From Lepidodermella squamata (Eukaryota; Animalia; Gastrotricha), in the NCBI GenBank assembly GCA_047495785.1, contig JBLDXI010000054.1:2232001-2296000 (forward strand): DNA of 64,000 bases. Direction: 5' to 3'. The notes under the pieces were generated by a model. It did not search any database. It was not told the DNA's origin and saw nothing but the letters and a program-made list of their open reading frames with translations. The translations under genes were made by a program, and so were the position numbers. The first letter of the stretch is position 1, and every line of letters begins with the position of its first letter. Shown piece after piece: positions 11,246 to 23,999 of the stretch.

Positions 11246-12808
11246 TCAATTTTCATTCCGTATTATGATCACAATGGTTGCAATGTTGATACCGAGAAGC
11301 ACGAGAGAAGCCACGAAGAATGACGTGACGTCGATAAGCCTGAAAAGAGCTATCTTTCCGATGTTGGTGTTTGATTTTTCCGGAGCCAGCGTGACAAAAG
11401 CACACATAGCAGCTGAATAGACGGTGATAGCCATGCCGTAAAAGGTCGCACCAAGTAAATAGTAAGACGCGACGATATCGTTCGGAGAAGGCGGGAGCTT
11501 CGACATAACCTGGTCGTGCAGGACAAACATGGCCAACATGATGGTGCAACCAAAAGCTGGACGATCCGGAGCATCGGCTGGGATAAAAAACGACGCGAGT
11601 TGCATGATAGTTAGCCCAATGCCTGGGATAAATAAGTTGAGGAAAAAGTATTGAGGCTTGCGCTGCAATTGCAACCAAAATGTGACTGTTGACTTTGAGG
11701 CTGGTCCGCTTCCCCACACGCTAATACTTGTGCCATTGGCAAGCACACGCCAGTTCGAGTTTAAGGGCAGATAGTTGTCGGAAAATATAAGCCCCGAATC
11801 AGTTGCGTTGATGGTCAACGCCTCAACGGTATTTATGTATAAAAACGTAAGGCTACAATTTTGAATGTCCATTGGAAAGTAGAAGAATTCCAAGTCGCAA
11901 AACGATTCAAACGTAGCGTAGATGGTCTCCATAAACTGTTCCATGGGTTTCACCACAATTAGTTGCCGGAGATAGTCTCCAATCATGCCTACATTGCTGG
12001 CACTATTCTTGTGAATCAGCATCGGTCGCCAGTAATCATCAGGCTTCTCGTTGTACAAAAACGATAATGAAGAAGGCCATAGATTTTCATTGCTCCGAGC
12101 GAAACTCCCCAGGCATGGCGATATATACCAAGTATTTAGTACAGCACCAGCGATTGTAAAAGTTTCGGCCTGGTCATCGACGTGGAGAAATCGGTCGAGT
12201 TGTAGCCGTAGCGAAACTGGGGTAGGTGTCCCCACACCCATTGGCCAATTTGTGGACGGAGAAAGATGACATTCCTCTATCAAAGCTTGACTTAAGTTGC
12301 CTACTTCATAAATTGGCGTAAGATTTCCTGTGCCACCCGGTGGCCCACCTTGACCGTTGCCCCCATTTGATGGGCCAGGGCCACCGACAGGCCCACCCCC
12401 AGGCCCTCCTTGGCCGTTACCCCCATTCGACGGACCAGGGCCAACACCAGGCCCACCTCGACCGTTACCCCCATTTGATGGGCTGGGGCTGCTCCAAGTC
12501 CCACCTAGGCCGGGGCCCGAGTTTAGTGGGCTGGAGTTGCTCCCAGTTCCACCTTGGCCGGGGCCCCCGTTTGAAGGACCGGGGCCACTGCCAGTTGCAC
12601 CTTGGACATTGCCACTATTTGGTGGGCTTGGGCTGCTCCCAGCTCCACTTTGGCCGGAACCGGTCCCCGTTCCACCTAAGCCGTGGCCCTCGTTTGGTGG
12701 GCCCCCATTCGGCGATGGCTGAGCGTTGATAGGTGGGTCAAGGGATGTTACCACGTTAGTACTAGCGAATGATAGCGATATCAGCAGCAAGCAAAACTTC
12801 GCGGCCAT
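11246..12808 (-). CDS. Intronless Cys-loop ligand-gated ion channel subunit with a Gly/Pro-rich N-terminal repeat
   Basis: Cys-loop CDLEFFYFPMDIQNC, YWRP motif, LQLQRKPQYFFLNLFIP before M1, four TM segments. The likely start MAAKFCLL (12808) gives a signal peptide; the ORF track starts at 12868. Confidence 0.9.
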   Translation of the reverse strand: MAAKFCLLLISLSFASTNVVTSLDPPINAQPSPNGGPPNEGHGLGGTGTGSGQSGAGSSPSPPNSGNVQGATGSGPGPSNGGPGQGGTGSNSSPLNSGPGLGGTWSSPSPSNGGNGRGGPGVGPGPSNGGNGQGGPGGGPVGGPGPSNGGNGQGGPPGGTGNLTPIYEVGNLSQALIEECHLSPSTNWPMGVGTPTPVSLRLQLDRFLHVDDQAETFTIAGAVLNTWYISPCLGSFARSNENLWPSSLSFLYNEKPDDYWRPMLIHKNSASNVGMIGDYLRQLIVVKPMEQFMETIYATFESFCDLEFFYFPMDIQNCSLTFLYINTVEALTINATDSGLIFSDNYLPLNSNWRVLANGTSISVWGSGPASKSTVTFWLQLQRKPQYFFLNLFIPGIGLTIMQLASFFIPADAPDRPAFGCTIMLAMFVLHDQVMSKLPPSPNDIVASYYLLGATFYGMAITVYSAAMCAFVTLAPEKSNTNIGKIALFRLIDVTSFFVASLVLLGINIATIVIIIRNEN

Positions 12809-13479
12809 TTTTTTGAGGACTCCAGCAGAATGCAAGAAACTTTTGATTGCGGCTTGTTGGCAGAGCATTTAATTTCCGCTGCATAGGAAGCAGGGGTGTT
12901 TTTTAGATTGCATGAAAACAAATAACTCCATGTGAGAATTCAATTGCAGTTTCCTCAATTTCAGCGGCGTTTCAATCGCAAGCAATTGTCTTTTCTCACC
13001 TCGAAAAACTAGGACTCCATGAATTCATGAACCTGCAATCATTGCCACAATTTCCAAACAAAGCCCGTCAAAAGCTGCTCAGGAATTAGTGTAACATGCT
13101 AAAGTGGTGCGGTTTTGGCCTAAAGCCCGTCACAAAGAAGCCTTTGCATGGCCCATGACCCAAGAAAAGGCGATTCAGTATTCCTAAATGCTAATGCTAA
13201 GCCCTTCAGTAACTTCTTCGGGTTTTCTCGTCGTTTTGGATGTTAATTAAAGCTCTCTCATTTGAATCTGCAAAGTTAAATGCCGGTGATCCATTGATGA
13301 AAATAAAGAATATATTGTTGACTGAGCGCCAATGCTTCAACGAGTAGAAATTAGTCCTGTTCGCAAAAAATTGGTAAAAACGTTTATTGTTGAGCTTTTT
13401 TAAACAAATGAAACATAAGATTGTGCACAAGTAAAAGAAGCAGATTTTGGGCAACAACGTTATATGATGAGCAAAGTCA

Positions 13480-14165
13480 TTATTCTTGAACTGGCAGTTC
13501 ACAACCTTCGCAGCAGTCTTCCAAGGCGTCTGGAACCATGCTGATAAGCGGTGGCTCTTTTGCCTCCTCTTTCACTTCTGGTCTCTTCAGATTGCACATG
13601 AAAACATTCTACAAAAAAATACATTGGAAATTTGGATCTCCGCAATTGAGATGTAGCTCACCACAGGTACAAGACCGTCATTGCTTTTGGCTTCGGATTT
13701 GAACAGCGGCTTGGCGTGCCGCCTCTTTTTCGATTTTTTGCCATTTTTCGGCGATTTTCTACCCGATGAGATAGTCGCTTCATTCAGATCGTCCTCCTCA
13801 ATAGACACGACATCCTTTCTCAACGATTTCGCCTCCTCTTCATCGGCGTTTGCGATTTTCGACACCAATTCTTCGGTATCTTTCAGTAAAAATGGAATAA
13901 ATTGTCTGGCTGAATCGAGAACTGTGGAATTCGAGGTTGAAGTCGAAGTTGAAGGTCCATGTCCATCTAAATTTGAAAAACGATATACGCTAATCTATCA
14001 TAAGAAAAAACACATACTTCGCTGCTTTAACGATTCGACGTATTTTCTGAATTCTTCTCTCTTATCTTCATAAAGCAACTTGTCTGAAAAAATGGTTGAG
14101 TTATGAAATTGCAAATTGAATAAATATAACGTACTAATTATTTTTTCTTTCCCATCTTCAGTCAT
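13480..14165 (-). CDS. Small multi-exon protein resembling NOPCHAP1/C12orf45 (NOP58 chaperone)
   Basis: ATG 14165 (MTEDGKEK), short exons, TAA at 13480-13482. The segment STVLDSARQFIPFLLKDTEEL...VVSIEE...VNVFMCNL recalls the family pattern S.vL.r...FLP......eeL...IE...i.m.l. Recognised from memory only. Confidence 0.45.
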
Positions 14166-14231
14166 TTTTATCAAAAAAATCTATAGGAAAATGCCAAAAA
14201 ATGTAGATGAAACAGCAACAAAATAATAAAT

Positions 14232-15062
14232 TTAAGCCTTCCGAAATCGAATGAAATCCACCGCGATATCGACGTTATTTTTCCGGTGAAATTTATACAT
14301 TTTCTTGATCGGAAACGACATTTCAGCAACAACTTTAGCTTCAATACCCGCCGCCGCGCAGTCTTTGACAATGAACGATCGGCACGCAGTTTTGTGGAGT
14401 GAGTAAACACTCCCGTTATTAGGTTCGACCAATCGAAGGCCTTGTTTCACGAAGGACATATCATTGCCGTAATTTTTATCGTTGCATCCGAATGGCGGGT
14501 TCATCAACTGAAAATATTATGGAAAATTGATCAATTGCATATCGAAAGTTTTATATAAATCTTTCAGTTTTTATTTTTAGAAATTAACTTTTTGATTATT
14601 TTTAATTTTCCTTAGTCAACTCCGGGTTTCCCGAATGATTTCTAAAAGCTTAAAGGAATAAATATTTATGAAAGGGGAAAAATTTACCACAGTGTCGAAG
14701 CTAGTAGATTTCGCGAGGAGTTTATCCAATAATAAAATATCCGCCTTAACAAAATCGATGCATCCTTCCGTCTCCTCAAAGGCCTCAGCATTACTACTCG
14801 CCTGCGCCAGTGCATCGTCATCGACATCAAAGCCGAAAACCTCAGCGGCTCCGAGCATTTTCGCGCCCAGGGCGAACACCCCGGTACCGCAGCCGAAATC
14901 AGCCACGGTTTTCTCGCAAATTTCGTCGAATGAATCATCGATTTCGAACAAGGCACTAGCGGCTAGGCTCACCGGAGTCGGGTACTGTTCTAACGCTGCT
15001 TTCGGTTTCTCGAAATCGAGGTCGAACCTCGACAGTTCCATGACAATTTCCTTCAATCTCAT
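14232..15062 (-). CDS. METTL5: 18S rRNA N6-adenosine methyltransferase METTL5 (2 exons)
   Basis: FEKPKAALEQYPT, ADFGCGTG SAM-binding motif, MNPPFG catalytic motif, VYSLHK, MYKFH...DIAVDFIRF. Confidence 0.95.
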
Positions 15063-15523
15063 CTAATTTAATTGCAAAATAACACGTCATTTTTGTTGAT
15101 TGAGATGCCAACAACCCTTTATTGGCAAAATTAACAAGATAGCAAAACTCAAATTTTGTTGTTGACAGTAAGTATATCATATCATAGTGTTGTTTTTGAC
15201 AATAATGACGAGATGAAGCAGTTTTTTGTTGTTTTCACAATAAGCGGCTGCTGGTATTTCACTGGGCTAGTCAGACTAGTGCCAACTTTATTTCTGCTCT
15301 TTTTCCGCGACCAATCATACGCCAGAGACAAAAACGAGCAACATAAAAAGAAGATTTCAGGTAAGGTGGGCGCGCAGCTACAAACGATAAAGATTGCAAT
15401 TCACACACGCACGCTGTAATTATCATATATCAAGTAATATTTTAAAAGTAACGTCTTCGTTTCATTCATTACGTGAATAAGGAATCGAGAGAGAGAGATG
15501 ATTTGCAGCTGATTTCGTTATCA

Positions 15524-16102
<579 letters not shown>

Positions 16103-16273
16103 GATACTGCCACAGTCTCGTGATAATTATTAAATAATTCTACAGTAAACAAAATATGATTGACTTTGAAAATACAATCAGCAAAAATCAAAACCAGAGT
16201 ATGTAGGAAAGATTAGAAAAATTGAAGTAGCAGAGAACAAGAAATATTGGCTAGCTGCCTAATATAATTCTAT

Positions 16274-17403
16274 TCACGACCCAGTGTGACCAGGAACACA
16301 ATGCCATTCCCCGAGGTGATCACATTTCCACAAATAAACCGAACCATCGTCATGCGATGTAGCCAAAATTGTCCCAGTGGCATTCCAAGAAACGCACCAA
16401 ACTAGAAGATTATCATGACCACCAGACTCACGCATCGCGGCGTAATTTATCTCATAATTCTGACTAGGTGGAGCAGGTCCGAAGGAATTTCTTGGCGTTT
16501 GATCCGGGTTCTCACATGGGATAGATGGAGTTATATTCAAAATTGACAAGCGTTTGCCTCCTACGCCCAAAACGTGGAAACTACGACCAACTGATGGGGC
16601 AAAATCTATGTCATTGACCGGGTCGAAAATGGGACACACAACTTCAATCAATCTACAGAAATAACACTTAGTAACTCAATTGAGCTAGAGACATTAGATA
16701 TACCTAGTTAGTCGACGTGTATCGGTTGAATATGAGAATAATAAAACATATGATCCCTTTATCGATGATGTTGGCGTTGCTAATTGGGCCTCAGCCATTC
16801 CTGTTGCTAGCAAAGGTGGCAGCAGAATAGAAGTGCTCCAGGTTACACAAGACAGTCGACCTTGGATTTGCTGAGTATCCACAACGCTCATATGTCGAAC
16901 ATTAGGAGCATCAGCAGCTTCGTAAACGCGTAAAACTCCGTCAGTCGAAGCGGCGGCTAACATCAACCCCAGATGCTTAGGAGCAAAACGAATGTCGACA
17001 ACAGGTGTTTTCGCGTCAACAAGCTGGGTTCTCTTAGCCCACGTATGTCCAGATGATTGAGTTTGCATTTGGTCGGGTAATTCCTCCCAAATAGTAACAA
17101 CTTTATCAAAACTGCAGGTAGCTATGACTTGCCCAAAGTCAGGATGGGCCCAAGTAACCTTCCAAACAGCTCCTGAATGCGTAGAAACACTAGCAACTTT
17201 CTTCCACCGACCACCCTCATCCATATCCCAAATGCTAATCTGTAAGATCAATACTATCATTCAACTACAATAGCAGCAATAAGGCAACTGACTGAGTGGT
17301 CAGCAGATGCCGTAGCCATCCTGTTTCCATAGTAATTGTAAGCTACATCCAGCACAACGTCTTTGTGTCCAGAAGGCAAAGATGTCGCCGAACTCAAAGC
17401 CAT
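16274..17403 (-). CDS. SEH1L: Nucleoporin/GATOR2 subunit SEH1 (WD40), 3 exons
   Basis: HKDVVLDVAYNYYGNRMATASADHS, HSGAVWKVTWAHPDFGQVIATCSFD, FAPKHLGLMLA, FAPSVGRSFHVL, VSWNATGTILATS. Confidence 0.93.
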
Positions 17404-18967
17404 TATTCAATATATACCAAAACGATCCCGATGACCTATCGAATAAAAGTAGCTGCTAATCTAAGTAAAATGGGTTTATAGAGTCTGTGCGCATTGCTCG
17501 AAACAACGCCAATCACTTATTCGATGATAACATGCAGGTCCTCGGTGCTCTCCAACGAACAAGCGGAAAAAAAATAAACTTCATAACTGACTTTTCTGTG
17601 AAGAAAATATCCTTAATAGCCCATAACTCACAATAATGATGCAGTCACATCAGGCAGAAAAAGGGACGCTTCGTACAGCAGAGGACAGAGGACATATAAG
17701 GCGACGCGGGCAAAGGAGGGGAATACAAAGGGCACAAAATAAAATATTTTACACGTCACGTGACTTAGTCAACCCCACGCGTAGTATTCACCTGAATTTT
17801 TTGCAAATGATTAATTTATTTTATCCCATTTATTCAACATTTTAATCAAAAATAACAAAATTTGAAAATTTGAAAAGCGCGCTTTGGCGGGTAGTTCAGA
17901 GTTTCGAAAGGTTTCGACATCAGGAAATCGTTGTCTGTGCTATGAAGTTGCTGCTGAGCATCAGCATACCTAGCTGTCCGATGTTACAATCCCGCATCTC
18001 GTTACAGTTTACATGTGCCGTTGGTCATCTGCCACCCATGTTACTTGAAATTGTCCTTGTCGTAAATCCTTATTTAGATTCTAGATGTAATAGCCTGATG
18101 ATGACCTCAGATCGTAACATCGCTGTATTGTCCCTGTTGTTCAACCGCAATTTGTTTACAGTTATAATTCGATCATAATGAATGCTATGTATCGAAATTT
18201 TGTTCATAGTTGCCCCATTAATGCTCGATTCTTGATTGAGATCTCTATAAGAACTGAGGGCATGCGAAGCAACCCTATACCCTCTCCGCCCATACTATCT
18301 CGGATACTTTCGACCGTCAAATTGCTGTCTTCCCTTTGATTAATCATTACGTCAAAATATACGGTAATAGATTTAGCAATAAATAGCCCTACTGAGATCG
18401 AGCCCGAAGGTCCGTTCAACATACGAGACGCACGCCTAGAAAAGTATCCACTACTGATTTGAGCTGACGCTTGTATGTGTAACTATCCGTTTTATTTGAC
18501 GACGTGGAAAAATATGGGCCATTTTCTTGGCCTAATGTTGCATTGAATTTAGTGATGGGATAATTCACTAGTAATGGATAGACCTGATCCTTTGGCATTC
18601 GAAGCTTGTAGTATTTTAGTAATTATCAAACTCGATACAACTGAAGTGAAAAGTTGTCACTAATTGTGCCTTCTTGTTGCTACATCCAACCGTCCACCTG
18701 TGCACATCTATGGCTCATCAGCGACTTCCGATTAGTTGAGTTTAGCGATTGGCGATCAAGTTAATTTAAGTATCTTTCTCTCATAGTCAATGGCATCTAA
18801 GGGGCTACAGCGCATGTAGCGTAAGACCGGATAATTTTTAGAATTTAAATGATCGAGTTGTCTCAATTATCTCCGATAATACCTTATTCTAGGCTTCAGT
18901 AGCTGGATACCAAGATCCCTTGGCTATGATTATTTATGCTCACCTAGGACTTTCACTAACGCTTAAG

Positions 18968-20046
18968 ATGACCGATTGGAAAGCCAAACAGGCTCAGAAA
19001 AAGCAAGCTATGAGCGATCTATTGGACGCTTTCAAATCGGGCACTGGACACAAGCTTTTTGATTTGCCGCAAGATATAAAGAAGCTCAAATTGGATGACT
19101 CAACCTACGTATCGCAGGAAATGTTGGAATATGTTTCTAAACAGTTTTTGGACTTGGAAGAATTGAATGTGGGTATCGAATATGACGACTATGCGCCGCG
19201 TTTGAATTTAGCCAATCTTTCCTTCCCGAAATTGACGAGCCTCTCTCTGAGATGCGTTGGAATAACTGCAATCGATTTCAAGAAAGAAAACTACCCAGCT
19301 TTGAAGAGCCTCACCTTTGATAACATTACTGGCCGAGTTGATTATTTCCACCTTGATCTTCCAACTTTGGAATCATTCTCGGCCGATTTCGTGACACTTG
19401 AAGACACGAATGACTTCTCTGCTTCGTTGAATCGCTGCCCTAATCTGAGGAGTTTTGGCACTTACAAGTTGTGGGGTCTTTCCGACACAAGAACCAAACA
19501 CAAGTTGATTCTCCCTAATTGTGAATACTTTGGCATTTATCGGTCAGGTGAAATAGCGGAAATTCTTGTAACATGCTGTGATATCGATATTTTTCAGATG
19601 ATGTGGAATTTCTCGAACTTTATGCACCAAAACTGACTGACTTGAATCTTCAAGCTTGTTACAGTAATTGCGCATTATTTTATTGTTTTCAAATGTGTAA
19701 TTCGTTTTTTTAAGGTTTGAAGCACATCCGCCTCGTCAATAAGCCTTTTAAAAACACTATCACTTGTTTCAATTGTCAGAAAAAAGACGGTTCTCTTAGC
19801 GATGGGGCCAAAATCGTGCTGAAAAAATGCACTAAGTGCAGAATGGCCGCCTACTGTTCAAAGAAATGCCAAGTCGAGCACGCGGAGCAACACAAAGCGT
19901 TCTGCGCCAAGTCTATCGAAGTCACTATTGTCAATGCTAACATTGGAAAATTGTCGATGGCCCATCTGAAGAAGCATCCTCGAGTCAAAAGTGTTACTGC
20001 CAATGACAGTGATGATGACGATAACATGTCAAACGGCAGTTTTTAA
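18968..20046 (+). CDS. LRR-like/zf-MYND protein, array copy A (3 exons)
   Basis: L..L.L repeats (FPKLTSLSL, YPALKSLTF, LPTLESF), family motif YKLWGL...YRSD...YAPKL..LNLQACY, MYND finger CFNC...CTKCRMAAYCSKKCQVEH..QHKAFC. Confidence 0.85.
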
Positions 20047-20169
20047 CCGATTTTATTCTTATGCCCATGATGATCTGAATTTTCTTCAATTTCGTTTTAA
20101 TCTTTCTTAAATTGTTACTCTTATTTGCCTATCTTGATCTAGGATTTTAATTTGTTGAAATTTTCCATA

Positions 20170-21221
20170 ATGGATGATTACGAGGCTAAGGAAGCTCAGC
20201 GGAAACAAGCTATCCAAGGAATTTTGGCCTCTTTCAAAACAGGCTCTGGGCACAAACTTTTCGATTTGCCTCGTGATACTAAAAAGCTTGTGTTGGACGA
20301 TACGACCTATGTTTCGCAAGACATGTTGGACTACGTCTCGAAGAATTTCTTGGAACTGGAAGAATTAGACGTCCGCATCGAGTATGACGACGATGCGCCG
20401 CAGTTGGAATTCAGCCAGCTGTTTTTCCCGAAATTACAGCGTCTATCTCTGCATTGTGTTGGAGTTAAGGCGATTGATTTTCAGAAAGACAACTACCCTG
20501 CTTTGAAACACCTTGGCTTTGACAATATCAATGATCGAATCGAGTATTTCCGTCTTGATCTGCCTACACTGGAGTCGTTTTCGGCTGATTTCATGACTCT
20601 TCTCAACTCAGATGATTTCTCAGCCTCGCTCAATCGTTGCACAAATTTGCGAACTTTCGGCGCCTATAAGTTATGGGGTCTTTCTGACACGAAGATCAAA
20701 CACAGATTAGTCCTTCCAAATTGCGAGAGTTTCAGTATCTATCGTTCAGGTAATTTATTCATATATTTTAGTGACTATCAAAATTCTTGATTCCGCGTTA
20801 GATGACATCGAATACCTTGAAATTTACGCTCCTAAGCTGCGAGGCTTGAACCTACAAGCTTGCTACAGTAAGTCGGGAATAATTATTGGAAATTAATTAA
20901 GTTGGATTTATAGGCCTGAAACACATTCGAATTGTTGATGAGCCGTTTGGCCGCCCTGTTGCTTGCTTCAATTGCAATAAGGAAGAGGGCAGTTCTGATG
21001 GCGAGGAAAAAATCCAGCTTAAAAAGTGCGAAAAATGCCTAATTGCTCAGTATTGCTCAACGGAATGCCAAGAAAAGCACTGGGAACAGCATGAAAAAAC
21101 CTGCGCCAAGTCCATTCGAGTCAGTGTTGTCAACGCAAGCCTCGGCAAAGCGTCAATGGCTCACCTGAAAAGTCACCCCAGAGTTTCGAAGATCGTCCGT
21201 CGAGATGAATTTATGTTCTGA
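20170..21221 (+). CDS. LRR-like/zf-MYND protein, copy B (3 exons; last exons absent from the ORF track)
   Basis: Close paralog of A. Last exon read by hand: KHIRIVDEPFGRPVACFNC...CEKCLIAQYCSTECQEKHWEQHEKTCAKSIRVSVVNA...HPRV. Confidence 0.85.
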
Positions 21222-21347
21222 TTTATGACATTGCTCAAAACTCATATTTTGAATTGTTTTTTTTGCCTGGATCTTTCTTGAAATAATTTTTTCGATATTT
21301 TTCTTATATTCCTTTATTTCTGCTTTTAGTCAAATAATTCAGGAAAA

Positions 21348-22294
21348 ATGAATAGAAAGCGCAAATGCGCGATCAAATATGGGGATTCTATTGAAAAATT
21401 CCCGAAACATTTGACATCTCTTGAACTGGACGATTCAATCGGCACAATATGTCAGGAAATGCTCGAATACGTCGAGGTTCATTTTCCGAATTTAGAACAG
21501 CTGAAACTCAAAACAGAACAGCGCGCTGAGGGGCCGATGCTCACCTTCAAGCATTTGTCTTTCCCGAAATTGCACTCTCTCACCATGGACATGATTCACC
21601 TAACTGCGATTCATTTTGACAAGGAAAACTACCCGAATTTAACAGACTTGCGTATCGAAAATTCTAGCGATATCGCGTATTTGCGCCTTGATCTTCCTTC
21701 GCTGAAAACGCTATCAATTGTGCACGTATGTTTGAAAGACTGTGGTGATTTCGCCCCGTCACTCAATAGATGCGTTAATTTGCTGAGATTTGACTGCTAT
21801 AAGCTAGGCGGCCTGTACCACCGCGTTCATCACATTTCGCTGCCGAACTGCACTTATTTCAGTTTGTATCGATCCGATGGCTTGGAATCGATCGAGCTAT
21901 ACGCTCCGAAATTAATCGATTTCGTTCTTCAAGCCTGCTATTGTAAGCTACTTAAAAACAAATTGAATGGAAGTTATTACTTGAGTTTTTAGTTCTTCAG
22001 CATGTTCGATTTGTTGATGAACCTTTCGGTCAGCCTATTTATTGTTTCCTATGCCGCCAGCCGGAGACGAAGCAGTCGCCTTTGGTGCAGTGTTCTCGCT
22101 GTAAATTTGCTCGATATTGCTCTGAAGAATGTCGAAAAGATGACTTGAAAAATCACAAAACGAACTGCGCTAAAACGGTTACTGTCAATTTGGTGAATGC
22201 TAATATCGATAAGGAATCGATGAGCCTACTTGAGAAGCATCCTCGGATTGGAAAGTTCCTCATTGATCCGGCATCTATCGGAATGGAATGTTGA
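21348..22294 (+). CDS. LRR-like/zf-MYND protein, copy C (2 exons)
   Basis: Same motifs; single intron after QACY; MYND CFLC...CSRCKFARYCSEEC...HKTNC. Confidence 0.85.
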
Positions 22295-22457
22295 CATCTG
22301 ATAATTTCGCGCTACTGATCTGATTTTTCATTGATTACGTTGTTTTGCATTCTCAACCGTTGGGCGGAAACTTGAAACAGCTTCGTTGATTTGCACGAAT
22401 ATTTCTTTTCTCCATTGATAGAACATAATTTGCAGAGTGGGCGAAGAAAACGAGGAC

Positions 22458-23593
22458 ATGAGCGATGTTTCTGGCGATGAAAGCGATGAAACGTCCTCAC
22501 AGCCAGAGAAACCCATCGAAGATTTTCCGAAAGATCTGACAGAGCTTGATTTGGACTACCAAACCGGCTATTCTCAGCATATTCTCGAATATATTTCCGG
22601 AAATTTCCCGAATTTGAAATCTCTCAATTGGGAGGTTGATTATGAAGATGATATGCCAAAGTTGTCTTTCGAAAATTTGCCATTTCCGAAATTGGAAACG
22701 ATAAAATTCAATGGAGTTCAACTCCACGCGATTCATTTTGAAAAGGAAAACTGCCCATGTTTGAAATCGATTACGCTTGAAAATGCTAGTCAAGTTGACT
22801 ATTTCCGCCTCGATTTACCAACCCTGGAATTTATGTCAATTCTATACACGGAAATTGAGGACAGCACCGGTTTTGGCCCATCGATTTCTCGCTGCACGAA
22901 TCTCAAGGCGTTTTTCAGCACCAAATTGTGGGGCATGGAGCGAGCTCTTCATAAGCTTTATCTACCGCAATGTACCGATATGAGCCTTTATCGATCCGAT
23001 GACCTTGTCGCAATCGAGCTCTACGCTCCGAAACTGACGAATTTGAGCCTTCAATCTTGCTTCCGTAAGCTTGCTGCCCTTTTTGCCATTTTTCTAAAAA
23101 TTCCAACCGGCTGAGAAATTTGAAAATTTTCTGCGACAATCTGTTTGAAACGCTCAACTTGAAAATTGAGAATTCGAATTAGGGGTACAATTTTCCAAAA
23201 TTTTCAATGCAAATAGTGCCCATATTTGAACCGTATCTTTGAAGGCTGATTATTTGCAGGATAATTTCAGCTATTTGAAATTTTGAAATTTAATCAGCAT
23301 TGCGACATATTCGACTGCTCGACAAGCCATTCGGTTGTCCAGTTGCTTGTTTCCGCTGCAAAAAGGAAGAAACCACTGAAACCCCGTTTCAAACATGTAG
23401 CCGCTGCAAAACTGCTCAGTAATGCTCAAAGGAATGCCAGGAAAAAGACCGGGGAGATCACAAACCGAACTGCGGTAGAAAAATGACGATCAATTTGGTC
23501 CATGTAAATATCGACGATGTTTCGCTGGCTCACTTGATGCAGCACCCTCGCGTTCGCAGGATTTGCCGCGACCCTGATGCCCCTGAATACTGA
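22458..23593 (+). pseudogene. LRR-like/zf-MYND copy D with one nonsense codon in the MYND finger
   Basis: Exon 1 intact. Exon 2 reads CFRC...CSRCKTAQ*CSKECQEKD...HPRVRRIC, with TAA at 23420-23422 where paralogs have Tyr; the frame otherwise continues to TGA 23593. Confidence 0.75.
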
Positions 23594-23780
23594 CTTCGAA
23601 TCAGTATTTTTCGTAATCTGGTGGAAAATTGACCCAATCTTTTCTTAGTTCTTCTTTCTTCATACTCCCAAAAATTTGCCATCGTTAACCCTAAAATGCA
23701 TTACTTTTATTTTATTTATTTGCTAGGTTATCCTTTAAAAAGCCATTAGCTAGGAATCACGAATGAGAGTGAGCGATTTT

Positions 23781-23985
23781 GGACCTATGCTATCGTTTCG
23801 GCTGGTTTCTTTTCCGAAATTGGAGACTCCCATAGTCAGCTGTATTATCTTCGATTCATTTCGAGAGCGATAACTATCCACATTTGAAGCCGATAACAAT
23901 CGAATTTGCTGTAAAAGTCGATCATATTCGCTTAGATTTCCCCAATCTCGAATGTCTCTCGATTCAACGAGTCAAACTGGGAGAT
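23781..23985 (+). pseudogene. LRR-MYND copy E, 5' relic
   Basis: Frameshifted PMLSF..VSFPKLE / IHFESDNYPHLKPITIE..VDHIRLDFPNLECLSI matching the LRR part of the paralogs. Confidence 0.7.
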
Positions 23986-23999
23986 CGGCCGAATTCGAG

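Noticed and set aside
13400-13482. Possible SECIS-like ATGA...AA element after the NOPCHAP1-like stop
   Set aside because: The gene ends in TAA, has no in-frame TGA, and I could not form a convincing stem.
23420-23422. TAA read as Tyr (variant genetic code)
   Set aside because: TAA terminates many intact genes in this window (e.g. 1022, 14232, 20046, 28611); a nonsense mutation is simpler.
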